Assembly: GCA_051874735.1 (NCBI GenBank)
Contig: JBJEGD010000031.1
Coordinates: 1-34,580 of the forward strand
Reading direction: 5' to 3'
From: Candidatus Bruticola sp.
GTDB taxonomy: Bacteria > Vulcanimicrobiota > Xenobia > Xenobiales > Xenobiaceae
DNA length: 34,580 nt
Shown: positions 1-8,247 of the stretch, in pieces
Layout of the letters: each line of letters starts with the position of its first letter
Numbering within the stretch: the stretch's first letter is position 1
The notes under the pieces: model-generated
The model's input: the letters and a program-made list of their open reading frames with translations, nothing else
The model's database searches: none
What the model was told of the DNA's origin: nothing
Translations under genes and position numbers: made by a program

Positions 1-1
1 G

Positions 2-313
2 TTGGTTGACAAAGAGCCGTTTTCTATGTTAGCTGAATTGGGATTTCAAGTTGAATATCGTTCTTTAAGTGTGCCTGGTGTCTGGGTTAGAGGGCGCACC
101 GAATATGCACAGCGTAGAGTTTATATCGATACTGAGGCTTTAGAAGTTTTGGCCGCGCGCTGTCGCCGCTCTCTATCTGTGCCAGTCAGTGCAGATTTAT
201 TGCAGCGGATAACGGCTGCTCATGAACTATTTCACATTTTAGCTTTTAAGGCCGGTCAGTCTCATACAGAATTAGCAGCCGTTATCTTTTCCCTGTATTT
301 TTTCAGCCGCTGA
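2..313 (+). CDS. Probably 5'-truncated HExxH protein, ImmA/IrrE-like metallopeptidase fold
   Basis: ORF begins at the window edge and contains 'ITAAHELFHIL' (HExxH) followed by 'TELAA..FS', resembling the third-ligand helix of ImmA/IrrE peptidases. Confidence 0.5.
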   Translation: MVDKEPFSMLAELGFQVEYRSLSVPGVWVRGRTEYAQRRVYIDTEALEVLAARCRRSLSVPVSADLLQRITAAHELFHILAFKAGQSHTELAAVIFSLYFFSR

Positions 314-521
314 ACTTTGGCTGCTGCGCTTATATCGTTAATTAGGGGCCGCCGCCTTTGTCTTTTCGCGTTCTCTAATTGCGCTATTTCCGAAATTATA
401 CAACGGATAGTGGCTAAAAAAGCCCTTTGTTTATGCAGGTATTGCTTAACTTGAATGTAAACTTAAACTTACAGACAGAGAGACTTTTGATTTCGATTTA
501 TCTTCCTCGGGAGGTTTTATT

Positions 522-1352
522 TTGTTCAGCGAATTTCATAAGCCGTCCAGCTTGCAGGAGGCAGCTGCTTTGCGCAGTCGCCTGAGCTCCTCAGCTTATT
601 TAGGCGGCGGCACTATACTTAATACCATAACTTACGCCAAGGAAGTTCCTGAAGAAGAGCAAGCAACTACGCTAATCAGTTTAGCGGGTCTCAATTTAAA
701 GCAGGTTGAGCTAAACCATGGTGAGTTAATTATTGGTTCCGGTCTTACTCATCAGGAGCTGCTAGAAAATGAGATCATTTTTCCCTCCCTCAAAGAGGCT
801 GCTTCATATCTGGTCAACCGCAACATACGCAACATGGCGACTGTCGGCGGCAATATTGCTTTGCGTGGCACTGCTTGCAATCTGTACTCTATGCTGTTGG
901 CCTTGGGAGCTAGGTTGGAGCTCATGAAAGCTGACGGCAATACCTATATAGTCAGCATCGACGACTACAACGAACACGGAGCCCCTGCCGATCTTATTTT
1001 AAACGTGCGCATATCCGAAGAAATGGGCCGTCGCCGTTTTGCCTCCCGCCGCTACGTGCGCACTCAAAATGATATTTCTATTGTATCCGCCTACGCTATT
1101 GCGGATGGCGACGCCGAGCACGTTAAAGATTTGCGCTTAGTTATGGGAGGATTTGCTGCTCATCCAGTTCGTCTAACTGAAATTGAGAGCCTAGTTAAGG
1201 GAGCTGCTTTGCCAGATCGCGATTATTTAGCCGCGCAAATTCGTCCTTTACTCAACCCTATAGCCGATATTCGCGGCGGCGTCGCTTTTAAGCGTGAAGT
1301 GGGCGCTCAGATTGCCGCCTGGTCTATCTATAAAGCTTTTGGTCAACTTTAG
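522..1352 (+). CDS. ygfM: FAD-binding subunit of a xanthine dehydrogenase-family molybdoenzyme (YgfM/CoxM-like)
   Basis: N-terminal 'KPSSLQEA', FAD motifs 'YLGGGT' and 'IRNMATVGGNI', C-terminal 'PIADIRG'; GGAGG RBS before the TTG start; adjacent to the xdhD-like gene. Confidence 0.85.
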   Translation: MFSEFHKPSSLQEAAALRSRLSSSAYLGGGTILNTITYAKEVPEEEQATTLISLAGLNLKQVELNHGELIIGSGLTHQELLENEIIFPSLKEAASYLVNRNIRNMATVGGNIALRGTACNLYSMLLALGARLELMKADGNTYIVSIDDYNEHGAPADLILNVRISEEMGRRRFASRRYVRTQNDISIVSAYAIADGDAEHVKDLRLVMGGFAAHPVRLTEIESLVKGAALPDRDYLAAQIRPLLNPIADIRGGVAFKREVGAQIAAWSIYKAFGQL

Positions 1353-1370
1353 GGAGCTGTGTAAAATAAT

Positions 1371-4247
1371 ATGAAAATAACTTTTCGCTTAAACGGCCGG
1401 GAACAGCAGGCCGAAGTTGAGCCTCGCGAGAGGGCTGACGCTTTTCTGCGCCGTTTAAATGTCACTTCTGTCCGCAACGGCTGCAACGGTGAAGGCACTT
1501 GTGGAGCTTGTGCTATCCGTTTTAACGGGAGGCTGGTTAACTCCTGTATTCTCTTAGCTGCTCAGCTCGACGGCCAAGAGGTCTGTACCGTTGAATATTA
1601 TTCCAAGCACCGCACTTTAAGTGCCATTCAGTCTGCTTTAGTCGATGTCGGCGTGGTCCAGTGTGGCTATTGTACTACTGCTGTAGTCTGTTGTATTGAA
1701 GAACTTTTGGAACGTCATCCTAACCCTACCGATGAAGAAATACGCGACGCCATGTCAGGTATTTTCTGCCGTTGTAACGGATATCAGCAGTTCTACGATG
1801 CTATTCGTTTGGCGGCCAAAAGGAAAAACGATCCTAATTTTACCTGCGTAACGGCTCCTTCTTATGCTGAAGGTAAGCGTGTGGTCGGCAAGCCTGCACG
1901 CAAGATCGACGGTTCAAAGTTAGTGCGCGGTCAAAAAGCTTATGTTGAAGATGTTATCGATCCTCATGCCTGCGTGTTGCGCATGATGCGTTCCCCCTAC
2001 GCTCACGCCTATATTAAGTCGATTGATACTTCCGAAGCGTTGAAAGTACCCGGTGTAGTTTACATTTTAACCCATGAGAATTGCCCCGAAGTACACTACA
2101 ACCAAGCTGGCCAAGGTTTCCCTGAGCCCTCTCCTTACGATCGCAAGTTAATTGGTGACAAAGTTCGTCACGTGGGCGATCGTGTGGCTGCCATTGTCGC
2201 CGAAAACATGGACGCCGCTATCGAAGCTGAAAAGAAAATTAAGGTTGAATATGAAGTCCTGCCTTTTGTTCTTACTGTCGACGAAGCTAAGGCTCCCGGA
2301 GCTCCTATAGTTCATAATGCTAAAGTCTCTTATGTTTGCGGTGCTCCTGACAATTTAGAAGAGTACAACAAGACGGCCGATCCTCGCGATGGCGAAGTTA
2401 TTTATCAATTCCCTATTCACGGTGATCCTCACCGCAATTTGGCTTCTAGTGTTCATGCCGGTATAGGCAACGTTGAAGAGGGCTTTGCTGAAGCCGATGA
2501 AATTGTCGATAATTGGTATGACTGCTGCCAAATCCAGTGTACTCCTGTGGAGCCTCACATAGTTTATACGCGTATGGACGGCGATCGCCTGATTATTCAC
2601 GCTTCCACTCAAGTGCCTTGGCATTTGCGCCGCATTGTGGCCAGCATTATTAAAACGAAGCAGAACAATATTCGCGTTATTAAAGAGCGTGTAGGCGGTG
2701 GCTTTGGAGCTAAGCAAGATATTGTACTGGAAGAGGTCTGCGCTTACCTTACTTGGGTGACTGGCCGCGCGATCTATCAGCGTTTTACCAGAGAAGAAGA
2801 ATTTACCGCTTCCCGCACTCGCCATGTAGCTAAAGTGCGCTGTAAGGTTGGCGCCAAAAAAGACGGTACAATTACCGCTATTTATATGGATGTTCAGGCT
2901 AATACCGGACCTTATGGTTCTCACTGTCTGACGGTGCCTATGAACGCTTGTTCTAAGTCGCTGCCTCTCTTTGATTGTCCCAATATGGCGTTCAATGTTG
3001 ATACCTGGTATTCCAACATCGCTCCTACCGGAGCTTACCAGGGTTACGGCGCTCCTAAAGGCTCTTTCGCTTTGCAGTTGGCCGTAGCTGAAATATCCCG
3101 AAAGCTCGGGTTAGATCACATGGATGTTATTGAAAAGAACCGTGTTCATGTGGGCACCAAATTAGAAATTTTGAAAAGTTTGGGCGAAGGACGCGAAGGA
3201 CAAGCTGAAACTATCCAATCTTGCGGTTTGGGGCCGGCTCTTAAACGCGGGCGTGAGCTGATTGAGTGGGGGAAAAAGGAAGTCAGCAGCGATCCCGATA
3301 TCGCTATAGGTAAGGGCTTCGCTATCGTGCAACAGGGATCCGGATTGCCTGGTCTCGATTCAGCCAATGCTGAGGTGCGTATGCTCAGCGACGGCACTTT
3401 CATTGTCCTTTCTGGAGGCACCGATTTAGGCACAGGCTTAGATACGGTGAGTTGCAAGTTTGTGGCTGAAATTTTGTGCGTTGATATGTCTGATGTGGCT
3501 ATACTCTCCGGCGATACCGATGTTACCCCCTTCGATGTCGGTGCCTATGCTTCTAGCGGCACTTTCTTCAGCGGCGGTGCAGTACGCAATGCGGCTGTCA
3601 ATATGAAAGCTCGTATTTTGGAAGTAGCTTCTCAACTGCTCAGTGAACCAGTAGCTGATTTGCAGATTGTCCATCACGGCACAGTGCAGGGCAAGAAGAA
3701 ATCGATTACTTTTGCTCAAATTGCCCATTATGCCGAGCAAGGAGACGGTTGCGGTCAGTTAATGGCTTACGGACACTTTATTGTCGATAAAGCTTCCTTC
3801 CCTTACGGAGCCCATTTCGCTCAGGTGGCCGTCAATAAGCGCACCGGTGAAGTGAAACTGCAGAAGTACTTCTGTTTGGAAGATTGCGGCACCCCAATCA
3901 ATCCTGAATTGGCTTTAGGTCAAATGTACGGTGGTGTGCTCAAAACTATCGGTCATTCTCTTACGGAAGAGATGATTTACGATAAAGAGACGGGCCGCTG
4001 CCTGACTGCCGATTTTACCGATTATAAAGTGCCCATGATACTCGACCTGCCGGAAGTTTTCGTTTCAGAATTAGTGCCCACTGACGATCCTTTAGGGCCT
4101 TTTGGAGCCAAATCTATTTCAGAAATTACCTGCAATGGTGCTGCTCCTTGTATTGCTGAAGCTATTTACGACGCCGTAGGTGTGTGGGTACGTCAGTGGC
4201 CTTTCACTGCTGAACGTGTTTTACGAGCTATGGGCAAAATAGATTAA
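1371..4247 (+). CDS. xdhD: Fused 2x[2Fe-2S] / molybdopterin-binding subunit, XdhD (YgfN)-like
   Basis: CNGEGTCGAC...C and QCGYC...CRC Fe-S motifs; Moco motifs 'VGGGFGAK', 'AYQGYG', 'YASSG'; catalytic-Glu motif 'GAKSISEI'. Confidence 0.88.
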   Translation: MKITFRLNGREQQAEVEPRERADAFLRRLNVTSVRNGCNGEGTCGACAIRFNGRLVNSCILLAAQLDGQEVCTVEYYSKHRTLSAIQSALVDVGVVQCGYCTTAVVCCIEELLERHPNPTDEEIRDAMSGIFCRCNGYQQFYDAIRLAAKRKNDPNFTCVTAPSYAEGKRVVGKPARKIDGSKLVRGQKAYVEDVIDPHACVLRMMRSPYAHAYIKSIDTSEALKVPGVVYILTHENCPEVHYNQAGQGFPEPSPYDRKLIGDKVRHVGDRVAAIVAENMDAAIEAEKKIKVEYEVLPFVLTVDEAKAPGAPIVHNAKVSYVCGAPDNLEEYNKTADPRDGEVIYQFPIHGDPHRNLASSVHAGIGNVEEGFAEADEIVDNWYDCCQIQCTPVEPHIVYTRMDGDRLIIHASTQVPWHLRRIVASIIKTKQNNIRVIKERVGGGFGAKQDIVLEEVCAYLTWVTGRAIYQRFTREEEFTASRTRHVAKVRCKVGAKKDGTITAIYMDVQANTGPYGSHCLTVPMNACSKSLPLFDCPNMAFNVDTWYSNIAPTGAYQGYGAPKGSFALQLAVAEISRKLGLDHMDVIEKNRVHVGTKLEILKSLGEGREGQAETIQSCGLGPALKRGRELIEWGKKEVSSDPDIAIGKGFAIVQQGSGLPGLDSANAEVRMLSDGTFIVLSGGTDLGTGLDTVSCKFVAEILCVDMSDVAILSGDTDVTPFDVGAYASSGTFFSGGAVRNAAVNMKARILEVASQLLSEPVADLQIVHHGTVQGKKKSITFAQIAHYAEQGDGCGQLMAYGHFIVDKASFPYGAHFAQVAVNKRTGEVKLQKYFCLEDCGTPINPELALGQMYGGVLKTIGHSLTEEMIYDKETGRCLTADFTDYKVPMILDLPEVFVSELVPTDDPLGPFGAKSISEITCNGAAPCIAEAIYDAVGVWVRQWPFTAERVLRAMGKID

Positions 4248-4289
4248 GCTTAAAACTTCAACTGTGGGCGGCGGCCTTATCCCTGCCTG

Positions 4290-4343
4290 TATACGCGCCC
4301 CCTGGTGCTTTTTATAAGTCAGTTAGGGGGCGCGTATATTTTT
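4290..4343 (+). terminator. Intrinsic terminator after xdhD
   Basis: Perfect 14-bp inverted repeat tatacgcgccccct (4290-4303) / agggggcgcgtata (4325-4338) followed by ttttt. Confidence 0.75.
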
Positions 4344-4434
4344 AGGACTTTAATACATGCCTTTAATTTTAGCTTGGCTTTAGAGAAAGAAAGGAAGCCC
4401 TATATCAGCAGAAAAGGAGGATTTAAACAACTGT

Positions 4435-4725
4435 GTGGAAGTTGCCGAAGATATGCAGACTCAACCCGATTATGTAAGTTCTATCAATTCCGTTGATGAC
4501 CCAAATTCTCCGTCTCCTTCACTCTGGGAGCGCTGGAAGGCTATGGCAGCCAGAGCCGCTTCTTTTCAAGCCAGAATTTTGCTTATCATATTCTATTGGA
4601 TATGTGTGACACCGTTCGCCATTTTATTAAAGCTTTTTGCCGATCCTCTGGGCCTTAAAGAGCACGGGCGCGGTGGAGCTTGGCAGCCCATACATACTAG
4701 CGATAAGGCGAGGGCTCAATTCTGA
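4435..4725 (+). CDS. Short SxtJ-family membrane protein
   Basis: 'RILLIIFYWICVTPFAILLKLFADPLGLK...W...QF' resembles the C-terminal half of SxtJ-family proteins; the stop overlaps the next start (TGATG at 4723-4727); start codon uncertain. Confidence 0.7.
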   Translation: MEVAEDMQTQPDYVSSINSVDDPNSPSPSLWERWKAMAARAASFQARILLIIFYWICVTPFAILLKLFADPLGLKEHGRGGAWQPIHTSDKARAQF

Positions 4726-7700
4726 TGCGTGTTCTAGGTATTTCTTGTTTTTATCACGATTCGGCCGCTGCTATAATTGTCGACGGTCAAATAGTAGCTG
4801 CCGCTGAAGAGGAGCGCTTTTCCCGCGTTAAGCACGATTTCGCTTTTCCGAAGTTGGCAATTCAGTTTTGCCTTGATTCCGCCTTTTGTAAAGCTGAAGA
4901 TCTCGATTTAGTAGTATTTTTTGAAAAGCCGTTCCAAAAGTTCGATCGTCTGCTGATGTCTTCTATGGCCTCCTGGCCTAAGTCAGCTGTGGCTTTTCGC
5001 GAATCTTCTTTAGTTTGGCTGTTAGACAAGCTTTGGGTTCAGGCCTTTCTGCAGGAACAGCTTGGAGTTGCTAAGGATAAAATAGTTTTTTGCTCTCACC
5101 ATTTATCCCATGCGGCTAGCGCTTATTACTGTTCTGGATTTACTAGCGCTGCTCTTTTAACTGTTGACGGAGTTGGCGAATGGGCTACTGGTACTCGCGG
5201 CTCCGCTTGGGGCAACCAAATTCATCTAGATGACGAAATGCGTTTTCCGCACTCTTTAGGGTTGCTTTACAGCGCTTTTACCGCTTTTTTGGGGTTCCAA
5301 GTCAACGAAGGTGAATATAAAGTAATGGGTATGGCTCCTTACGGCAAGCCTACCTTCTTTGATACTATATTCAAAAATTTAGTGCGTCTAGATAGCGATG
5401 GATCCTTCACTTTAAATATGGATTACTTCGCTTTTCACCGTTCCGCCTACCATTCTTTTAGCGACAAATTCTGCGATCTTTTTGGACGCCCGCGCACTCC
5501 TGAAGAGTCGAACCTGCTCGATCCCCATTATGCCAATATCGCTGCCTCTATTCAGGCTGCAGCTGAAGAAATTCTGGTGCGCCAAGCTCAGGCGCTGCAT
5601 CGCAAGTACGGCCACGAAAATTTGTGCTTAGCTGGTGGAGTTGCTCTGAATTCTGTAGCTAATGCGCGCATTTATCGTGAATCTGGTTTTTCCAACCTCT
5701 ATATTCATCCAGCTGCTGGCGATAATGGCGGAGCTTTAGGAGCCGCCTTATGGGGCTATTACAACGTTTTGGGAGGCACGCAGCGCTACCGTTTGCTTAC
5801 TCCTTACTTAGGCCAAGAACACGACGACTACGCTGTTGCTGATTATTTGCGCTCTCAGAACTGCAAGTTCCGTGAATTGCCCGATATGAATTCTGTATAT
5901 CAGGAAATATCGGCTCGTTTAGAAAGTGGCCAAGTAGTGGGATGGATGAAAGGACGTTTTGAGTGGGGCCCGCGCGCTTTAGGAGCCCGCTCCATTTTGG
6001 CCGATCCGCGTTCCGCCTACATGAAAGACTTAGTTAATGCGCGCATTAAGTTCCGTGAGCCTTTCCGTCCATTTGCCCCTTCAGTTTTAGCTGAAGGCGT
6101 TGAAAGTTATTTCGATATCTCAAATTCTCATTTGCTCGATCCTTTGCGTTTTATGCTCATGGTCGTGCCTGTACGTCCGGAAATGCGTGAAGTAATTCCT
6201 GCCGTAACTCATGTAGACGGAACTTCCCGTATTCAGGCTGTTTACCAGCAGGAGAGCCCTTATTACTACGAGTTAATCAAGGCTTTTTATCAGCGCACCG
6301 GTGTACCTTTAGTGCTGAATACCTCTTTTAATTTAAGGGGTGAGCCTATCGTTAATACTCCGGCTGAGGCCTTGTCTACTTTTACCCGTTCCGATATGGA
6401 TGCTCTGATTATGGGGCGCATGCTAGTCAGCCGCAGGGCTATTTCTGATAAGAGGGTTATTCCTGGGGCCGAGTTAGAAAAATGGTCGCATACTCCATCG
6501 TTGGCGGAAAATCAGAATGCGCAGGGGCGTGCTGCTGCTTCACGCAAGATAGTTTATAAGAGTGACAACGACAGCTCTTCCGGATTTACTCGGATTATAA
6601 GCACCGCCTTCAAATATGTGGCCATCATTTTCTTGCTTTTAGTTGGAGCGGAAATTTTAGTTCGGCTAGGCATAGACAACACTAATATGCAGATGCGTGG
6701 CCTTTATATAAGTACTAAAGACGGTCTGCGTATGCAGCCGGGTTGGACTAGGCGCATACATGGACCTGAGTTCAGCGCTGAAGTCCATATCAACGATGAG
6801 GGCTGGCGGGCTATGCCTGCCTTGCGTCCTGTAGACCAGTTCGGTGGCGATCAGGTCAAACAGCTGGCTGATGGCGCCGATGATAAAGCCGTTTCTGAAG
6901 CCGTTGCTTCGCGTCGTCCTGGTGTAGGACAGACTATTTTAGCTCTGGGCGATTCTTTTACTTTTGGCTGCTGGTCCGATGCTGAGGACACTTGGTTAAA
7001 TCAAATTCAATGTATTACCGGTGCCAAAGTGCTTAATTACGGCATTCCCAACGCTGGTACCGATGCAGAAGCTGAGCTTTATGCTAAGTTGAAGCCTAGC
7101 GAGCGCAAAGCCGATGTAGTCATGCTGGGTTTCTACACCGGCAATGATTTTTACGACAACATGGTCGGCAGTCAGAGTTTTACAGTTTCTGATAAAGCTC
7201 TGGTGCTGACCCCCAAGGCTGAAGCTCTATGGAGTAATTATGACTGTTTTAAGAAGCAGCAAGATTCCGTAGATTTGCCCAAAGATAACAATATCTCTTT
7301 ATATAAAAATTTGCTGCGTCGCAGCCATCTTTACCAGTTCCTGTGCGCCATTGCCTACAGTTTCGGAGGTTCTGCTAAGCTTAGGCCCAATACTGCCCAG
7401 GCTTGGTGTCTCAACAGCTACACTAAGGAAATGCGCGAAGGAGCAGCTAAAACTGCCGAATCTTTAGAAAAAATCCGCACTCTCTGTTCTGAGCGGGGGA
7501 GCGTCTTTGTTATAGTACTCATTCCTTCTTCCATTGAGGTTTACGATCAAGATTGGCAGAACTGGATTGAGCGTTCCAAGTTAGAAGACAGCTTATTTGA
7601 TAGGGGTAAGCCCAGGCAGATAGTGCTTGACTGGGCGGCCGATCAAGGTGTTTACGTGCTCGATTTATGGCCTTACTTAGTGAACAGACCCCGCATGTAC

Positions 7701-7904
7701 TACAGTAAGGATATGCATTTCAATAAGTTAGGTCATTTCCAAACGGGTGAGGTTGTAAGCCAGTTCTTAGATCGCGCAGGCATTTTCGATATTAACATGT
7801 ACGATTCGTCTGTGGTTGATTCCAACATTTTACCCGACAGCATGCCTGCTGAAGAATCAGATAGTGCTGCCAATATAAATGGTGATAATGGTGAGGAGAT
7901 GTAA
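4725..7904 (+). CDS. NodU/CmcH/SxtI-family O-carbamoyltransferase fused via one TM helix to an SGNH/GDSL (AlgX/AlgJ/DltD-like) domain
   Basis: Carbamoyltransferase motifs YHDSAAA, EEERFSRVKH, HHLSHAASA, DGVGE, EYKVMGMAPYG, LAGGVALN, PAAGDNG, GPRALG, KFREPFRPFAP, HVDGTSR, LNTSFN; TM 'YVAIIFLLLVGAEILVRL' from ~6615; SGNH blocks GDSF (from 6948), NYG, GND and DMH (from 7710). Confidence 0.9.
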   Translation: MRVLGISCFYHDSAAAIIVDGQIVAAAEEERFSRVKHDFAFPKLAIQFCLDSAFCKAEDLDLVVFFEKPFQKFDRLLMSSMASWPKSAVAFRESSLVWLLDKLWVQAFLQEQLGVAKDKIVFCSHHLSHAASAYYCSGFTSAALLTVDGVGEWATGTRGSAWGNQIHLDDEMRFPHSLGLLYSAFTAFLGFQVNEGEYKVMGMAPYGKPTFFDTIFKNLVRLDSDGSFTLNMDYFAFHRSAYHSFSDKFCDLFGRPRTPEESNLLDPHYANIAASIQAAAEEILVRQAQALHRKYGHENLCLAGGVALNSVANARIYRESGFSNLYIHPAAGDNGGALGAALWGYYNVLGGTQRYRLLTPYLGQEHDDYAVADYLRSQNCKFRELPDMNSVYQEISARLESGQVVGWMKGRFEWGPRALGARSILADPRSAYMKDLVNARIKFREPFRPFAPSVLAEGVESYFDISNSHLLDPLRFMLMVVPVRPEMREVIPAVTHVDGTSRIQAVYQQESPYYYELIKAFYQRTGVPLVLNTSFNLRGEPIVNTPAEALSTFTRSDMDALIMGRMLVSRRAISDKRVIPGAELEKWSHTPSLAENQNAQGRAAASRKIVYKSDNDSSSGFTRIISTAFKYVAIIFLLLVGAEILVRLGIDNTNMQMRGLYISTKDGLRMQPGWTRRIHGPEFSAEVHINDEGWRAMPALRPVDQFGGDQVKQLADGADDKAVSEAVASRRPGVGQTILALGDSFTFGCWSDAEDTWLNQIQCITGAKVLNYGIPNAGTDAEAELYAKLKPSERKADVVMLGFYTGNDFYDNMVGSQSFTVSDKALVLTPKAEALWSNYDCFKKQQDSVDLPKDNNISLYKNLLRRSHLYQFLCAIAYSFGGSAKLRPNTAQAWCLNSYTKEMREGAAKTAESLEKIRTLCSERGSVFVIVLIPSSIEVYDQDWQNWIERSKLEDSLFDRGKPRQIVLDWAADQGVYVLDLWPYLVNRPRMYYSKDMHFNKLGHFQTGEVVSQFLDRAGIFDINMYDSSVVDSNILPDSMPAEESDSAANINGDNGEEM

Positions 7905-7909
7905 CAAAC

Positions 7910-8080
7910 ATGTTCGGTAAATTTACCAGACGGTGTGCCGTAGCTGTCGATTTTATTAAATTTATGGCCGGCCGACGCTTGTGGCTAGTGCCGTTACTGT
8001 TGGGGTTATTGGCTATGACTGTGCTAGTCTCTTTAGCTCAGGCCACTCATATTGCTCCGTTTATATATACACTTTTCTAG
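7910..8080 (+). CDS. 56-aa DUF5989/SxtK-family membrane peptide, not in the ORF track
   Basis: GAGGAG RBS at 7893-7898; hand translation MFGKFTRRCAVAVDFIKFMAGRRLWLVPLLLGLLAMTVLVSLAQATHIAPFIYTLF*; WLxP, a hydrophobic helix and terminal APFIYTLF are the family signature. Confidence 0.88.
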   Translation: MFGKFTRRCAVAVDFIKFMAGRRLWLVPLLLGLLAMTVLVSLAQATHIAPFIYTLF

Positions 8081-8132
8081 GTTATGTGGTTAGGCTTTGG
8101 GCCTATGTGCACATTAAGTTAATACTGAAAAT

Positions 8133-8169
8133 AAATAAAGCGCTCTCTATTTTGGAGAGCGCTTTATTT
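8133..8169. terminator. Bidirectional intrinsic terminator
   Basis: Perfect 15-bp inverted repeat aaataaagcgctctc / gagagcgctttattt between convergent genes. Confidence 0.8.
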
Positions 8170-8247
8170 GTTAATAGTTCGCTTTAAGCGGGCTGCAGCG
8201 TCTTAGTCGAGCCAAAAGTGGGACGCTCCAGCCTTAAGTTTTTAAAC

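Noticed and set aside
2-313. Toxin-antitoxin or prophage-induction module
   Set aside because: The gene is cut by the window edge and no HTH partner is visible; only HExxH supports it.
2355-3740. Antisense ORFs within xdhD, and similar ones in gcv, nagZ and the CsgG-family gene
   Set aside because: Fully nested in well-supported genes, with no motifs or RBS.
522-4247. Selenocysteine recoding in the molybdoenzyme
   Set aside because: No in-frame TGA; the ORFs end in TAG and TAA at the expected lengths.
4305-4496. 63-aa ORF
   Set aside because: Starts inside the terminator hairpin, overlaps the SxtJ-like gene and has no recognisable motif.
4435-8080. Saxitoxin or other secondary-metabolite cluster (sxtIJK homologues)
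   Set aside because: No sxtA, sxtG, PKS, NRPS or nod genes in the window; the fused extracytoplasmic SGNH domain points to envelope modification.
7981-8187. 68-aa ORF from the track
   Set aside because: Overlaps the DUF5989 peptide in another frame, has no RBS and runs through the terminator.
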